Source: an uncultured Nitrososphaeraceae archaeon (GTDB lineage: Archaea > Thermoproteota > Nitrososphaeria > Nitrososphaerales > Nitrososphaeraceae). From it: a stretch of 64,000 nt of DNA. The translations under genes were made by a program, and so were the position numbers. Positions 52,996 through 63,781 of this stretch are shown here, piece after piece (positions within the stretch are counted from its first letter, which is position 1; the number at the start of each line of letters is the position of its first letter). The DNA lies in NCBI GenBank assembly GCA_963729045.1, contig CAVSMN010000007.1:96001-160000 (forward strand), in the 5' to 3' direction. Under the pieces are notes generated by a model. The model was not told where the DNA came from, made no database searches, and saw nothing but the letters and a program-made list of their open reading frames with translations.

Positions 52996-53919
52996 GTGCG
53001 TGTTAGTAACAATAAGGATAATATAGATTGGAAAAATGTTATTAAAAAAGAGGTAATTGGCACCGACGGTTTGGATTTGGGGGAAGTGGTAGAAATTGGC
53101 GATAATTTCATTGTGATACAGAAGGGGCTATTTAACAAGAGAAGGTTCGTAATACCAAAATCAACCGCTGAAAGTTTTGATGGAGATATACTCCGTGTTA
53201 AAGTAAACGAAAAAGAGTTAACGGGATATGAGGAAACAGCCGACCCTGCATTCAAGGACTATTCTAAATTTAAATCATCGGATATGTCCAAAGAAATGGA
53301 GACTAGAATTCCTGTAATAGGGGAGAATCTGCAAGTTTCAAAAAAGGTTGTCGAGGATAAGGTCGATATCATAAAGGAACCTGTTAAAGAAACAAAAACC
53401 GTTGAGATAGATTTGACGTATGAAAAAGTTACCATTGAACGTATACCATTTAACAGTGAAGAGACTGGAATAGAAAAATCTCCTGACCAAAACCAAGGAC
53501 TAGGGGGATCTGATATTGAAAGGCCAGTATCTTCTCAAACTCAATCTCTTCCTGACCAAAACCAAGGACTAGGGGGATCTGATATTGAAAGGCCAGTATC
53601 TTCTCAAACTCAATCTCTTCCTGACCAAAACCAAGGACTAGGGGGATCCGATATTGAAAGGCCAGTATCTTCTCAAACTCAATCTCTTCCTGACCAAAAC
53701 CAAGGACTAGGGGGATCCGATATTGAAAGGCCGGTATCTTCTAGAACTCAAATTTCCATTCCGCTCAAAAGAGAGGTTCCGATAGTAATCAAGAATCCGT
53801 ATGTTCGGGAAGAGGTAGTCATAAGAAAAAAGCCAGTGAAGGAAACCAAAATAATTACTTCAGATGTGACAAATGAGGAGGTTACTTTTGAGGACAAATC
53901 CAATCGCGATCTGACATAA
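52996..53919 (+). CDS. PRC-barrel + DUF2382 protein with a 23-aa tandem repeat
   Basis: KKEVIGTDG.DLGEV.E, IPVIGENLQVSK, VREEVVIRK. Confidence 0.82.
   Translation: MRVSNNKDNIDWKNVIKKEVIGTDGLDLGEVVEIGDNFIVIQKGLFNKRRFVIPKSTAESFDGDILRVKVNEKELTGYEETADPAFKDYSKFKSSDMSKEMETRIPVIGENLQVSKKVVEDKVDIIKEPVKETKTVEIDLTYEKVTIERIPFNSEETGIEKSPDQNQGLGGSDIERPVSSQTQSLPDQNQGLGGSDIERPVSSQTQSLPDQNQGLGGSDIERPVSSQTQSLPDQNQGLGGSDIERPVSSRTQISIPLKREVPIVIKNPYVREEVVIRKKPVKETKIITSDVTNEEVTFEDKSNRDLT
53481..53751. repeat. 69-bp tandem repeat, about four copies (PDQNQGLGGSDIERPVSSQTQSL)
   Basis: Units start at 53481, 53550, 53619, 53688. Confidence 0.95.
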
Positions 53920-54284
53920 AAATTCGATTATACTTATTTATTGAGATAACTAATTTTAAGAGTTTCAATTATCTGATATTGACTAAAACTGCATTTGTTG
54001 GAAGATGCGAGAACCATTTTTATTGGGCATCACCAAGACTAGATTGAATGTATGGCTTTTGATTAATAGGAGTAATATGCACATTCATTTTTCTCCTTTC
54101 ATTTTGATCTAATTTCATACCATGTATTAAATTACTCAATATCATTAAAATCTCATTATTGAATAATTTTTATTGCAATCTAACGTATTTTATATTACTT
54201 TTTTCATGAAAAAATTGCAAATAAAATATTTTTTGCCCACAAATAGATTTAAGGATCTGAATTTTCATATATGATTAATTATCG

Positions 54285-55748
54285 ATGAATACCTATGATG
54301 AAATAATACAGCTAGCGCTAGAGAGAGGATTTTATTTTCCAAGCAGCGAATTATATTCTGATGCAAATGCTGGATTTTGGGAGTATGGACCCAATGGCGT
54401 AAGAATGAAGAATAAGTTCTTAGAATTATGGAGAAGAGAATTAGTTCGAAGAGACAACATGCTTGAAATAGATGGATCACAAATAATGAGCAAAAATGTA
54501 TTCATGGCTTCAGGTCACTTGACAAATTTCACCGATCCTATAGTTAAATGTAAGAAATGTTCAAGCTCATTTAGGGCAGACAAGCTGATACAAGAGGTGG
54601 TCAAAATAGATGTACCAGAACGAATGGAAAATGAAAACGTTGATGAGCTAATTCTAAAGAACAATATTAAATGTCCACTTTGTAAGGGAGAAATCTCTAA
54701 ATCTGAACGATTTAATATGATGTTTAAGATAGAGATCGGTCCAAATCGAGATGAGGCTTACTTACGTCCTGAGACATGTCAATCTATTTTTGTCGATTTC
54801 TCTAGATTATTTAAAGTTAGCAGAGGAAAGTTACCGTTAGGTATAGCACAAATAGGCAAGAGCTTTAGAAATGAAATATCACCAAGACAAGGACTTTTGC
54901 GATTGAGGGAATTTTATCAGGCCGAGATTGAGATATTTTGTAATCCTGCGAAATTAAATGATTTGAATAAGTATGATGAAATAAAGAATACTCTTTTGAG
55001 ATTTTATGATACTCGTATAATTGAACTATCAGTTGAAGAAGCATTAGAGCAAAAGATATTGCCAAATAAGTTAGTTGCTTATTATCTAGCATTACTTGTA
55101 GAGTTCTTTGATAAGACTGGAATAGACAAGAAAAGGACCAGACTCAGACGTTTGTCAGATCAAGAGAAGGCATTTTACTCTACCGTCGCATTTGATTTCG
55201 AGGTAGATACATCCATAGGATGGTTAGAATTAGTTGCATGTAACTATCGTTCCGATTATGACCTAAAGTCTCATTCGGCTACTAGTAAAACTAATCTTGA
55301 AGTAATGGATGACGATACTAAAGTATTGCCACATGTATTTGAGCTCTCATTAGGAGTGGATCGGTGTATTTATTCAATACTAGAGCATTCTTACTTTATA
55401 GATAGGCAAAATGACGATCGAGTAGTCTTGAAACTAAGGCCATACCTTTCACCCATTCACGCAGGTATACTTCCATTAGTAAAAAAACAAGAGTTTAAGG
55501 ATAAAGCTGCTAAACTCTTATCCAATATTAAGAGGGATTTTGATGTTTTCTATGATGAATCTGGCTCAATCGGTCGTCGTTACCGTCGTCTTGAAGAAAT
55601 CGGAACCCCTTTTGCCTTTACAATCGATCATCAAACCCTTACTGATGACACCGTCACGGTCAGGTTTCGTGATTCTATGAACCAGGAGCGAATTAAAATA
55701 GAGGAAGCGCACTCGTTTCTGTCTAAACAACTGTCTACCTTAACATAA
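54285..55748 (+). CDS. glyS: Glycine--tRNA ligase (alpha2 type)
   Basis: YGPNG, ASGH..F.DP, LRPETCQ, FRNEISPR, RLREF.QAE, GSIGRRYRR.EE.GTPF. Confidence 0.95.
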   Translation: MNTYDEIIQLALERGFYFPSSELYSDANAGFWEYGPNGVRMKNKFLELWRRELVRRDNMLEIDGSQIMSKNVFMASGHLTNFTDPIVKCKKCSSSFRADKLIQEVVKIDVPERMENENVDELILKNNIKCPLCKGEISKSERFNMMFKIEIGPNRDEAYLRPETCQSIFVDFSRLFKVSRGKLPLGIAQIGKSFRNEISPRQGLLRLREFYQAEIEIFCNPAKLNDLNKYDEIKNTLLRFYDTRIIELSVEEALEQKILPNKLVAYYLALLVEFFDKTGIDKKRTRLRRLSDQEKAFYSTVAFDFEVDTSIGWLELVACNYRSDYDLKSHSATSKTNLEVMDDDTKVLPHVFELSLGVDRCIYSILEHSYFIDRQNDDRVVLKLRPYLSPIHAGILPLVKKQEFKDKAAKLLSNIKRDFDVFYDESGSIGRRYRRLEEIGTPFAFTIDHQTLTDDTVTVRFRDSMNQERIKIEEAHSFLSKQLSTLT

Positions 55749-55818
55749 TTTGAAATTTTTGCGCGTCGCTTACCAATATGCACTATCTGTTTCATCGATG
55801 TGATTTTTCTGTTTGCTT

Positions 55819-56106
55819 TTATCTATTCCTGTCTTCCAAATATCCTTTATCTTTTTTTTCCTTCATGTATTCTATATAATTCATAATTAGTGACTCTTCC
55901 TTAAAGATCCCCTCCGCCGCTATAACTGAAGGAGTTCTTGTAGTTGGTAACTCACCACAGCAACTTTCCTCAAATTTCTGTATGTGGTATTTGACGAATT
56001 CTATTCCATTATTCATGAATAGTTCTACTATTTTTTGTGATTGGGGTGAATCATCAACTAATATAATAGGTTTTCTGGCTCTCAAATAAATCCCTTGTAC
56101 TATCAT
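55819..56106 (-). CDS. Small glutaredoxin-like hypothetical protein
   Basis: 95 aa; ESCCGELP..TPSV. Confidence 0.6.
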   Translation of the reverse strand: MIVQGIYLRARKPIILVDDSPQSQKIVELFMNNGIEFVKYHIQKFEESCCGELPTTRTPSVIAAEGIFKEESLIMNYIEYMKEKKDKGYLEDRNR

Positions 56107-56236
56107 TCAGGAAGGACAATCAGTTTAATATTTTTTCGATTACATTTTATCATAATTTGTCTCTATTTTGAGAATTTTCACTTGGGCAATAGCAAACTAA
56201 AAATAATTTCAATTTATATAATAAATTAAAACACAC

Positions 56237-56806
56237 TTGAACACGCTTTTAATAAACAACTTTTCACCCTTCATAGGAGACATTGTAGAACTATTGAATG
56301 AGCTTGAGAATAACTTTGAATGCTATGATTGTAATCAAATTCATGCCCTTGACACCCATTTAGAGCTTCTTGAGCGATTTGATAATGTCATCTTGTCAGG
56401 TCGTCAACAAAACTCCCCACTTATTAACAAGATAAATTCTCGTATTGTAAAGGGGTGTTTAGTATTGGACAAACCATTGTTGGGAATTTGTTATGGGGGG
56501 CAGATTCTAGGACTGACCCTGGGTTGCACATTAAGAAAAATTCAAAAAATTAAAGATACAATAGAAATTGATCTAATAGAACCAACTCCTATACTTGAGG
56601 GCTATAAATCAGTTAGGATGTATGAGAGCCACAATTTCTGCATTTCAACTCTGTCCGATGATTTTAGGTTGTTGGGAACTTCTTCTCACTGCAATAATGA
56701 GTTATTCTGTTTGAATAAAAAACCATTATTTGGAACGCAGTTTCATCCCGAAAAGAGTGGCAAGCCCGGAAGGGACCTTTTGGAGAACTTTCTCAACATA
56801 CATTAG
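56237..56806 (+). CDS. Class I glutamine amidotransferase (GuaA-like)
   Basis: LGICYG.Q, ESH, QFHPE catalytic triad motifs. Confidence 0.88.
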   Translation: MNTLLINNFSPFIGDIVELLNELENNFECYDCNQIHALDTHLELLERFDNVILSGRQQNSPLINKINSRIVKGCLVLDKPLLGICYGGQILGLTLGCTLRKIQKIKDTIEIDLIEPTPILEGYKSVRMYESHNFCISTLSDDFRLLGTSSHCNNELFCLNKKPLFGTQFHPEKSGKPGRDLLENFLNIH

Positions 56807-56882
56807 GATTACCGGGCGCAATTTCTAAATAGGTTAGGCGCTAGCATTATGATTTTTATTTGCTATCTAGTATAGTTACGCT

Positions 56883-57857
56883 GTGTACAAAAATGAAAAA
56901 GATAATAATATACAGATATCGCTTCCCCTTGTTAGTAAAAATGAAGATAATGTAGTTTTTCCGCTTGTAATAAATGTATTAACAAAATTCTGGGGTGAAA
57001 TAACACCAGATGACGAAATATCACAGAGAACTACTCTATATGCGAATCATAGAGGCACTATTTTTATAGAAGGGTTAGAAATTATTGAGAAAAAATTCAA
57101 TTTATTATCCAAAGTATATCGAGGCTCTTTAGATGATCTGAAGAAACGACTTGGTCAAGGGATTCCTCTAATCGTTATCTTGCCTGGTATAAATGAGACT
57201 ATCCAATTTGCTACTATTGTGACAGGTTATGATCCTGAGGAAAAAAGATTAATAACCTATGTTCCTGAACCTGATTCATTTGGAGCCATTCCAGAAGAAA
57301 AATTTTTTAGCGAATGGGCGCAGGAGGATTTTTTAACCATGATAATATACCCGGAAGATGCCAAAGATATACTCAAAAACAGTTCTTTTATGTTTGAAAA
57401 AACTAATCGAATTTCTTTAGAAGCTGAAAGATTAAAAATCCAAGGTAAGACCAAAGAAGCTTTAGAATTACTTACAAAGTCACTTGCCAGTAACGATGAA
57501 GGGAAAGACAATCCACAATTGCTGTTAATGATCGCAGGGATTCTTAATGAGAAGGATGATGAAAAATGTGTTGAACTTTATGAAAAGATTATAGAACTAA
57601 ATCCAAAATTTTATTTGGCACATAGGGGAATAGGGAATTATTACCTTAAAAGGAAAAATTATTTAAAATCTAAACAGCATTATCTAAATGCGATAGATAT
57701 CAACCCATCACGCTACGGACCAATTTACAAGAACCTTGGTATTACTTACTTAAACCTTGGTAACGACGCATCTGCAAAAGAATCGTTTAGGGAATATCTT
57801 CAACGTGTCCCCAATGCTCCTGATAGGAAAAATATTCTCGATTTCATAAATTCATAA
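56883..57857 (+). CDS. Peptidase C39-like domain fused to TPR repeats
   Basis: LKK.L.QGIPLIV..., IVTGYD, F...W; C-terminal TPRs (NPKFYLAHRGIG, IYKNLG). Confidence 0.75.
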   Translation: MYKNEKDNNIQISLPLVSKNEDNVVFPLVINVLTKFWGEITPDDEISQRTTLYANHRGTIFIEGLEIIEKKFNLLSKVYRGSLDDLKKRLGQGIPLIVILPGINETIQFATIVTGYDPEEKRLITYVPEPDSFGAIPEEKFFSEWAQEDFLTMIIYPEDAKDILKNSSFMFEKTNRISLEAERLKIQGKTKEALELLTKSLASNDEGKDNPQLLLMIAGILNEKDDEKCVELYEKIIELNPKFYLAHRGIGNYYLKRKNYLKSKQHYLNAIDINPSRYGPIYKNLGITYLNLGNDASAKESFREYLQRVPNAPDRKNILDFINS

Positions 57858-57898
57858 TTGTTGCTCTGACAGAAGACCGTTATTGTGATAGATCAAGT

Positions 57899-59164
57899 TT
57901 GCATGACATCAATATGAGCAACATAGATTTTCGCTTCTCCACAGATAATAAACATGCTATCGTGATGGAGCCTACAATCAAGTCCATTTCATTCATGAAA
58001 TTCTTGAAAAAATCAGCCGTTGCATTGTTAAAATCAAATAATTATAAACCAGAGTCTATCAAAACGGAAGGATTCTACTTGATAATATTCTTACACGATG
58101 ATTCACAACTAGTTCAAGCTACTGAGTTATTAAGGAAAATATCTGGACTTTTATATATTTTCATAGGCGCAGTCATGAAGCTTGAATACGTTACTTTATC
58201 AAGTAACGTTTTATCAATAGCAAATAAATTATTATTGAATGGTGAAAAATACCTAATCAAGATAGAAACTTCAAAATTGACGGAGTCCAAAGATGATGAC
58301 TTTACATATTTTAGACATGATCTTGAGTTTTTTATTCAAACTGAATTATCTAGCAAAGCACTAGACCTTGTACCTGTACAAGATGAATCTCAGGCCGATA
58401 AAATATTGTACATACTAATTGGGAACAAAATAGCATTCATAAGCTTATTAGTGCTTAAAGGTTCTGATTGCACTCCTTTTAATTTCTTACAGGATATTGT
58501 TTTATGTCCTGTTTATGATGATTGTTCTCTACTGTCACTAGTACAGGTTTTAGATTCAGGTTATATGCCGTTACCAATATTTTTCTTTCGTAATCGAGCT
58601 CAACTGATAAAAATAATAAGAAAATTTGATGAAATAATTAGGAACTATCCAATTGATTCCATTACATTCTATTTACTCCCTATGAACGATATACAGCGGC
58701 CGTCGGTCCGACATGTCAATAGAGCATCTGAAGATGATGATATATCCAAGGAATGGAGGAGCCAAGTTCTAAGATTAATATATGAACAAGTTATCATCAA
58801 GATTCTGCTAAATTCCAATCTTGACTCTATGTTTATAAGCTTTCCATTTGTTCCGTTTATTCATCCCAGCTGGTTTATAGAGAAAAACATTAAACTGTTC
58901 AACGAATCAAAAAAAATACTCCTTACACCACTTCTTTTTAGTTTTACTCCACGAGCATTTGAAAAGAAACTGACAACATTAATTGATACAAACTATACCA
59001 TACATCAAAATACTCTAATCCGAAATTATTTAGTTGACAGTGAACCAAAGAATTTTGCCAAGGTTGTGGACAAAAATGCAAACTCAATTGGCCAATTGAA
59101 TTTTAAGAAATTTTCATTTAACGTACGAAAGAACGATATCCTTGACATTCTGGATTCCATCTAG
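57899..59164 (+). CDS. Hypothetical protein, possibly a degenerate ThiI/THUMP-like protein
   Basis: 421-aa ORF; weak THUMP-like segment (KISGL..I, EKYLIKIE, ADKILYI); no PP-loop visible. Confidence 0.45.
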   Translation: MHDINMSNIDFRFSTDNKHAIVMEPTIKSISFMKFLKKSAVALLKSNNYKPESIKTEGFYLIIFLHDDSQLVQATELLRKISGLLYIFIGAVMKLEYVTLSSNVLSIANKLLLNGEKYLIKIETSKLTESKDDDFTYFRHDLEFFIQTELSSKALDLVPVQDESQADKILYILIGNKIAFISLLVLKGSDCTPFNFLQDIVLCPVYDDCSLLSLVQVLDSGYMPLPIFFFRNRAQLIKIIRKFDEIIRNYPIDSITFYLLPMNDIQRPSVRHVNRASEDDDISKEWRSQVLRLIYEQVIIKILLNSNLDSMFISFPFVPFIHPSWFIEKNIKLFNESKKILLTPLLFSFTPRAFEKKLTTLIDTNYTIHQNTLIRNYLVDSEPKNFAKVVDKNANSIGQLNFKKFSFNVRKNDILDILDSI

Positions 59165-60296
59165 TTTGTTACTTATTTCCATCAATTTCGATACCTTGTC
59201 TTGGTAAGAATTATCACAAATTAATTCGTTTAGCGCATCGATAAGTATGGTTTGATTCATTGTCTTTGAATTAATCGCCTTACCTATGCCAAGTTTCTCT
59301 ATTTTGTACGAATTTGCCAATTGCTCTCCGTGACTTTGAATAGGAATGGAGATAATTGGCTTTCCATATTGAATAGCTTGTGATATGGCTGTGTGTCCTC
59401 CACGCATAATAATGACATCCGAAAGAAAAAAAATTTCGTCTTTGTATGGACACCACTCAAAATACCACATATTACTAGAAATTTTTTTGGGGATCACCTT
59501 GCCGTTTGACTTTCCTTCTGAGAACACAAATTGAAGGGATGGCGCCTTCTTGAAAACTTCGATGAGCTTCATTATTATTGGTATCCTGGTTCCCATGGGT
59601 CCACTTATGTGGACAAAAATAAGCGGCTTTGTCACTGTCAATTTGTAGAACTTCCTTTGCTTTAGAAAGGCTATTTTCAGTAATTTTTGCTCTCGGGGTT
59701 ATGAATCCAACATAATCTAATTTAGATTTAATTGATTTTACAGAATTTATTGTACCCTCTGAAATAGTGTAGGGAGGAGGTAAGTCAGGTATTAGAATTT
59801 TGTCTGACATATTCCAAAAACCTCCCATTAACTCGCCATTGCACGTTTCAAATAATCTCGCAGCCTTAAACTCTCGCAGTCTGGGAGTTAGTAGAAGTTT
59901 GATCTGATTAATTATCAAGATTTTTGGTAAGTTTAATATTCTTGCGGCTATAAGGGGGGATAATCTGGAATCAGATATAATAATATGGGGATTGAATTTC
60001 TTTAAGTATCTTATTTCCTTATTTACTTGAATAGGTAAATTGACCAGCCATTGTGGTATCTTATTGATGTTACTCATAACTGAAAATTCGCCATCCCTCC
60101 CCCACATGAATTCTACTGGAGGAACTTTTTCACACTCAAATCCTTGGCTCATGATATAATTACGGGCCTCACCAAAGGATGAGAAGCGCAATTCGATGCC
60201 GGGTTCTTTTATATTTTCCGCTAATATCAAAAGTCTGCTGGCGTGACCTAAACCCACGCCATATGGTGCCAAATAAACCCTTTGCATCATAAACAC
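59114..60296 (-). CDS. GT-B glycosyltransferase (GT28/MurG-like); apparent +1 frameshift near 59628
   Basis: GVGLGHASR, ISDSR, PDLPPPY; C-terminal RGGHTAISQAI..GKP..IP...HGEQ..N. Confidence 0.85.
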
Positions 60297-60473
60297 GATT
60301 TTTGAAGAGACTAAAAAGTGTTCAGTTGCTAAGTCTCATCTTCATGCTGATAGCAACTGTAGGCAAAAACGAAATTATCAAAAAATCTGGTAATTAAAAC
60401 AATAATTATTGATTTCTGAACTATAGATACATAATATTACTGCAGACTTTGCCCAATTAAGCATACATACATC

Positions 60474-60845
60474 CTATTCTTTAATTTTTTGACCATTTGA
60501 TTTGATTTTAGAAATTTCAGGAATCATCCAGATAAATTTTGTGTGAATGCAGTTATTCGATTGATCTGTTTCACATTGCAACTCCCCATTTACATAGAAC
60601 ACATCAACTAGTATTTTTTTTTTGACGTCTTTAAGGGTTATTCTATTTCCTTCATAGGAATCAACCGATAAAGACGGAGCAACCCTTGATAGGAATTCCT
60701 CTTTCTCTAAATATCCTTTCAAAAAATCGTTTACATATTCCTTAATATTTAGGCGTTTTTGAATTGCTCTCTCTTTCATCTTTTGATAATTCTCTACAAA
60801 GATCTCTACCGTAACTACACTTCTTCCTCCTCTCTTAACGGGCAT
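60474..60845 (-). CDS. Hypothetical protein, possible ribbon-helix-helix regulator
   Basis: N-terminal beta strand VVTVEI plus two helices; C-terminal C..D...CIH. Confidence 0.6.
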   Translation of the reverse strand: MPVKRGGRSVVTVEIFVENYQKMKERAIQKRLNIKEYVNDFLKGYLEKEEFLSRVAPSLSVDSYEGNRITLKDVKKKILVDVFYVNGELQCETDQSNNCIHTKFIWMIPEISKIKSNGQKIKE

Positions 60846-60922
60846 AATTCACAATAGCATGTGCTCCTGTTTAATAATTTCTATTAACATGTGATAAAAT
60901 GTAATTAGATATTATTATATAC

Positions 60923-60955
60923 TATAACATAGATATAACATGTTATAATATGTTA
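60923..60955. promoter_or_regulatory. Palindromic operator-like array centred on TATAACATGTTATA
   Basis: 14-bp perfect palindrome 60934-60947 with extra TAACAT/ATGTTA half-sites on both sides. Confidence 0.5.
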
Positions 60956-62458
60956 GTGAAATTAATATTTTTATTGCATTTGACTCTTTCTCTGCAAGGA
61001 GAAAAGATAAAGAAAACAAGACCCATTCGCAAATCAGGAGGCATTCAAAGGGATAAAAAACTTCGTAGGCTCAAGAAAAGTGGACAGAAACGATAAATTC
61101 AGAAATCAATCATTGAGGACTAAGAAGTTTATTTGGGTCTTTACAACGCGTCATAAATTTCTATGGACCAGCACCTTTTGATACCTTGGTTCTCTTGACA
61201 ATCTTGCTGTTTCTATTGAAAAAGTTATTGCTGTTATCAATACTTGTTATTTGTAGAATATTAGACAGCCTTTTGAACGAAGACATTAATGGAAATTGAA
61301 ACCTGAACATTTTTCGAGTTGAATGGAATGGGAATTTCCGAACCACTAACGGCGCTAGTTTAGGCCTCTCATGTCGATTGGATCGACTATTCCAGAATTT
61401 CAATATTCATCCAGCTTGAATAATATATTGATAGAGTCAAAGAGGAATCAATTCATGGGCATGTTGCTTAGTCATTAGGAAATATATCCTTGGCTAGTTA
61501 TAGAAAATATAAAATTTTATACATTATTGCTAATTATTTAAAATACTTATAGTTTTAAGTAAATGAATATAGAATTATATCAATAGTAATTCTAAATTTA
61601 GAAAATTATCGTGTGCTGTCCTCAAACTAACAAACAGGGTTTATAGTGCTTGGTTTTTTTAAATGAGCAAATATGCTAATAATGTTATATAAGCAATTTG
61701 GTTGTACACAGATATAATATGGTTAATTATTTCAGTAACGGTGTGCACTTGGTGTCGTTTTGTATACTCGGTGTCGCTTTTTATCTTTTACATAAATAGT
61801 CAAGACAAGTATGAGTACAAGTCCTCTATACTATAATTATTACTTAAATCTTTAAAAGGATCTTGTAGTCCTTGCAATTCGTATTTCTTTGCATTAATAG
61901 TGTAATATATGTAATGCTCTTTCTATGATCATTAGTGCTTAAGAAGGCATTAAGAGGCTGGCCTAGGTTTAAACTAATAGTTTTGAATCGTTATATGGTG
62001 TTCGATTTAATACCTTAAATTATTTTGATTTATCTATCCTGTTATTTTCACTTAGATCCGTTTTATTTTCCTACTCATGAAAAACTACTGTATCGATTTC
62101 CTTATGGTCATCCTTTAATTGCTGATTCACTAATTCTTTGATAGATTGATGATCAGCTTATCTAATTTCATAATAATTTGCTTTTGAAAATGGGGCATTA
62201 TTTAAGCGTCATTATGATTTCTTTTATTTTTATTTTTTAGATTGAGAAGGAGCATTTTAGATTGGGCCTGAGGAATGTGGGACTGATTTTTTTGAATTTA
62301 ATAATTAAAACTTGGAAATTTGGTTGTCGCTCATTTGTTCTAAAAAAATATAGATTAGAGTTAAAGTAATAGATGCTTGAAATAACATTGTCTGCTTTCA
62401 AAGCATTCAATTAGCATAATCGTAAAAAATAAAAATGATTTACCTTAACTAATCACTA

Positions 62459-63460
62459 TTAGTCAGATTCTTCTGCATAAATCAATTTCATTTCATCGAA
62501 AGTGAGTTTCTCTCCGCTCGACATTTTCTTCATGGCGACCTCCTTTAGCGAATTCCATAAATCTTGATTTTCTCTGTTTTTGCGCATTTTGTCTTGAGGT
62601 ATTTCGTGCCTGATCTTTCTTTCTGGACTATAACGTCTCTGTCTCTCTGAAGAATGCTGTAACCTATTTCTCTTAAACTCTATAGCATTAAGTTGGGTAT
62701 CTACCATTTCTATCTTAGCCCCGGCTTCTCTAACTCTGTGAATCACACCTCGTCTTTCTTCATAAAGTTCTTCCCTCCTATTCAACAACTCATCTAAATT
62801 TGACTTTATTTTACCAATTCCCTTTCCAACATCAGCTTTTTGGTCAAATATTTCATTCATTTTTCCCTTAATGTCATCAAACTTTGTTGCCAGTGATTTG
62901 TAAGTATCTTCCTTCTTGTGAATTACTTTTAGGGCATGCAACCTAGTAGCTATTTCCTTTGATTTTAAGACCAACCGTCTTTCTTCATCCTTTGATAATT
63001 TCTTTGTTTGAATGTCCCTCTCTATTTGCTCTAGTGCTTTTGTCAAATTTGATAGATTATACTTGTCTCTTCTAGACCTTGGACCTCCTCCGCTAGATGC
63101 TTTGGTATCCAGTGTTTTCATTCTTTTTCTTTCTTCAATCAGGTTGCTCTTTAATTCTGTAAATTTTGCGTAATCTGCATCCTTTACTTCATTAATTTGT
63201 TTTAGTTTTAGTCTTTCAGCTTCTAACTTTACTCTTTCTTCGTCAATAACCTTCTTTGTTTCTTCAATACTTTCATTGATTTTCTCAATTTGGGTTTCCC
63301 CTAGTTTTTGTTCTTCTATTAATGATTTTTTGAAGTCTAACAGAGTCTTTTGATTTGAATCTATTGAATTTTCCGATCTATTGTCTTTTTTTGTCGTAGA
63401 TCCTGAAGCTGCAGCAGAAGGAGCTGTAGCTGGATTTCCACTGTTCTGTTCTTGAACCAC
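62459..63460 (-). CDS. Archaeal coiled-coil protein
   Basis: LEQIE..IQTKKL...EER.LV and C-terminal K..SGEKLTFDEMK. Confidence 0.8.
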   Translation of the reverse strand: MVQEQNSGNPATAPSAAASGSTTKKDNRSENSIDSNQKTLLDFKKSLIEEQKLGETQIEKINESIEETKKVIDEERVKLEAERLKLKQINEVKDADYAKFTELKSNLIEERKRMKTLDTKASSGGGPRSRRDKYNLSNLTKALEQIERDIQTKKLSKDEERRLVLKSKEIATRLHALKVIHKKEDTYKSLATKFDDIKGKMNEIFDQKADVGKGIGKIKSNLDELLNRREELYEERRGVIHRVREAGAKIEMVDTQLNAIEFKRNRLQHSSERQRRYSPERKIRHEIPQDKMRKNRENQDLWNSLKEVAMKKMSSGEKLTFDEMKLIYAEESD

Positions 63461-63781
63461 GCCGCTTACAACCTGTTAATATATGGAAAGATATATTTTT
63501 TCTGATTGCATTTCGGTTACCTGCTTCTCAAATCAACGAGGATAGGTGAATTCAAAGTCCACTGATAGGATTTTTGAAAAATAAATTGATTTTGAAGGCT
63601 ACATTGGCTACAAAGACGATGATTGACTTTGTTATTCATCGAGCCAGTAAAAGTCAAATATCACCTTCAGATCTAAATATCATCTTGATTTACTGCAGAT
63701 AATGACTATATTTCAGACGATTGTGAATATCATACAAACATATATTTATATTCTATCTTGTGGATTAATAGATGAGTAATA

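Noticed and set aside
52511..53751. Possible CRISPR arrays at the 24-bp and 69-bp repeats
   Set aside because: Units are directly adjacent with no unique spacers, lie in frame within genes, and no cas genes are present.
55560..55748. CGT-rich 3' end of glyS as a second recoded block
   Set aside because: Short and mild; a similar drift occurs at the translin 3' end, and it lacks the abrupt boundaries seen in secY.
61161..61403. 80-aa minus-strand ORF
   Set aside because: No recognisable motif and atypical composition; cannot be supported as a gene.
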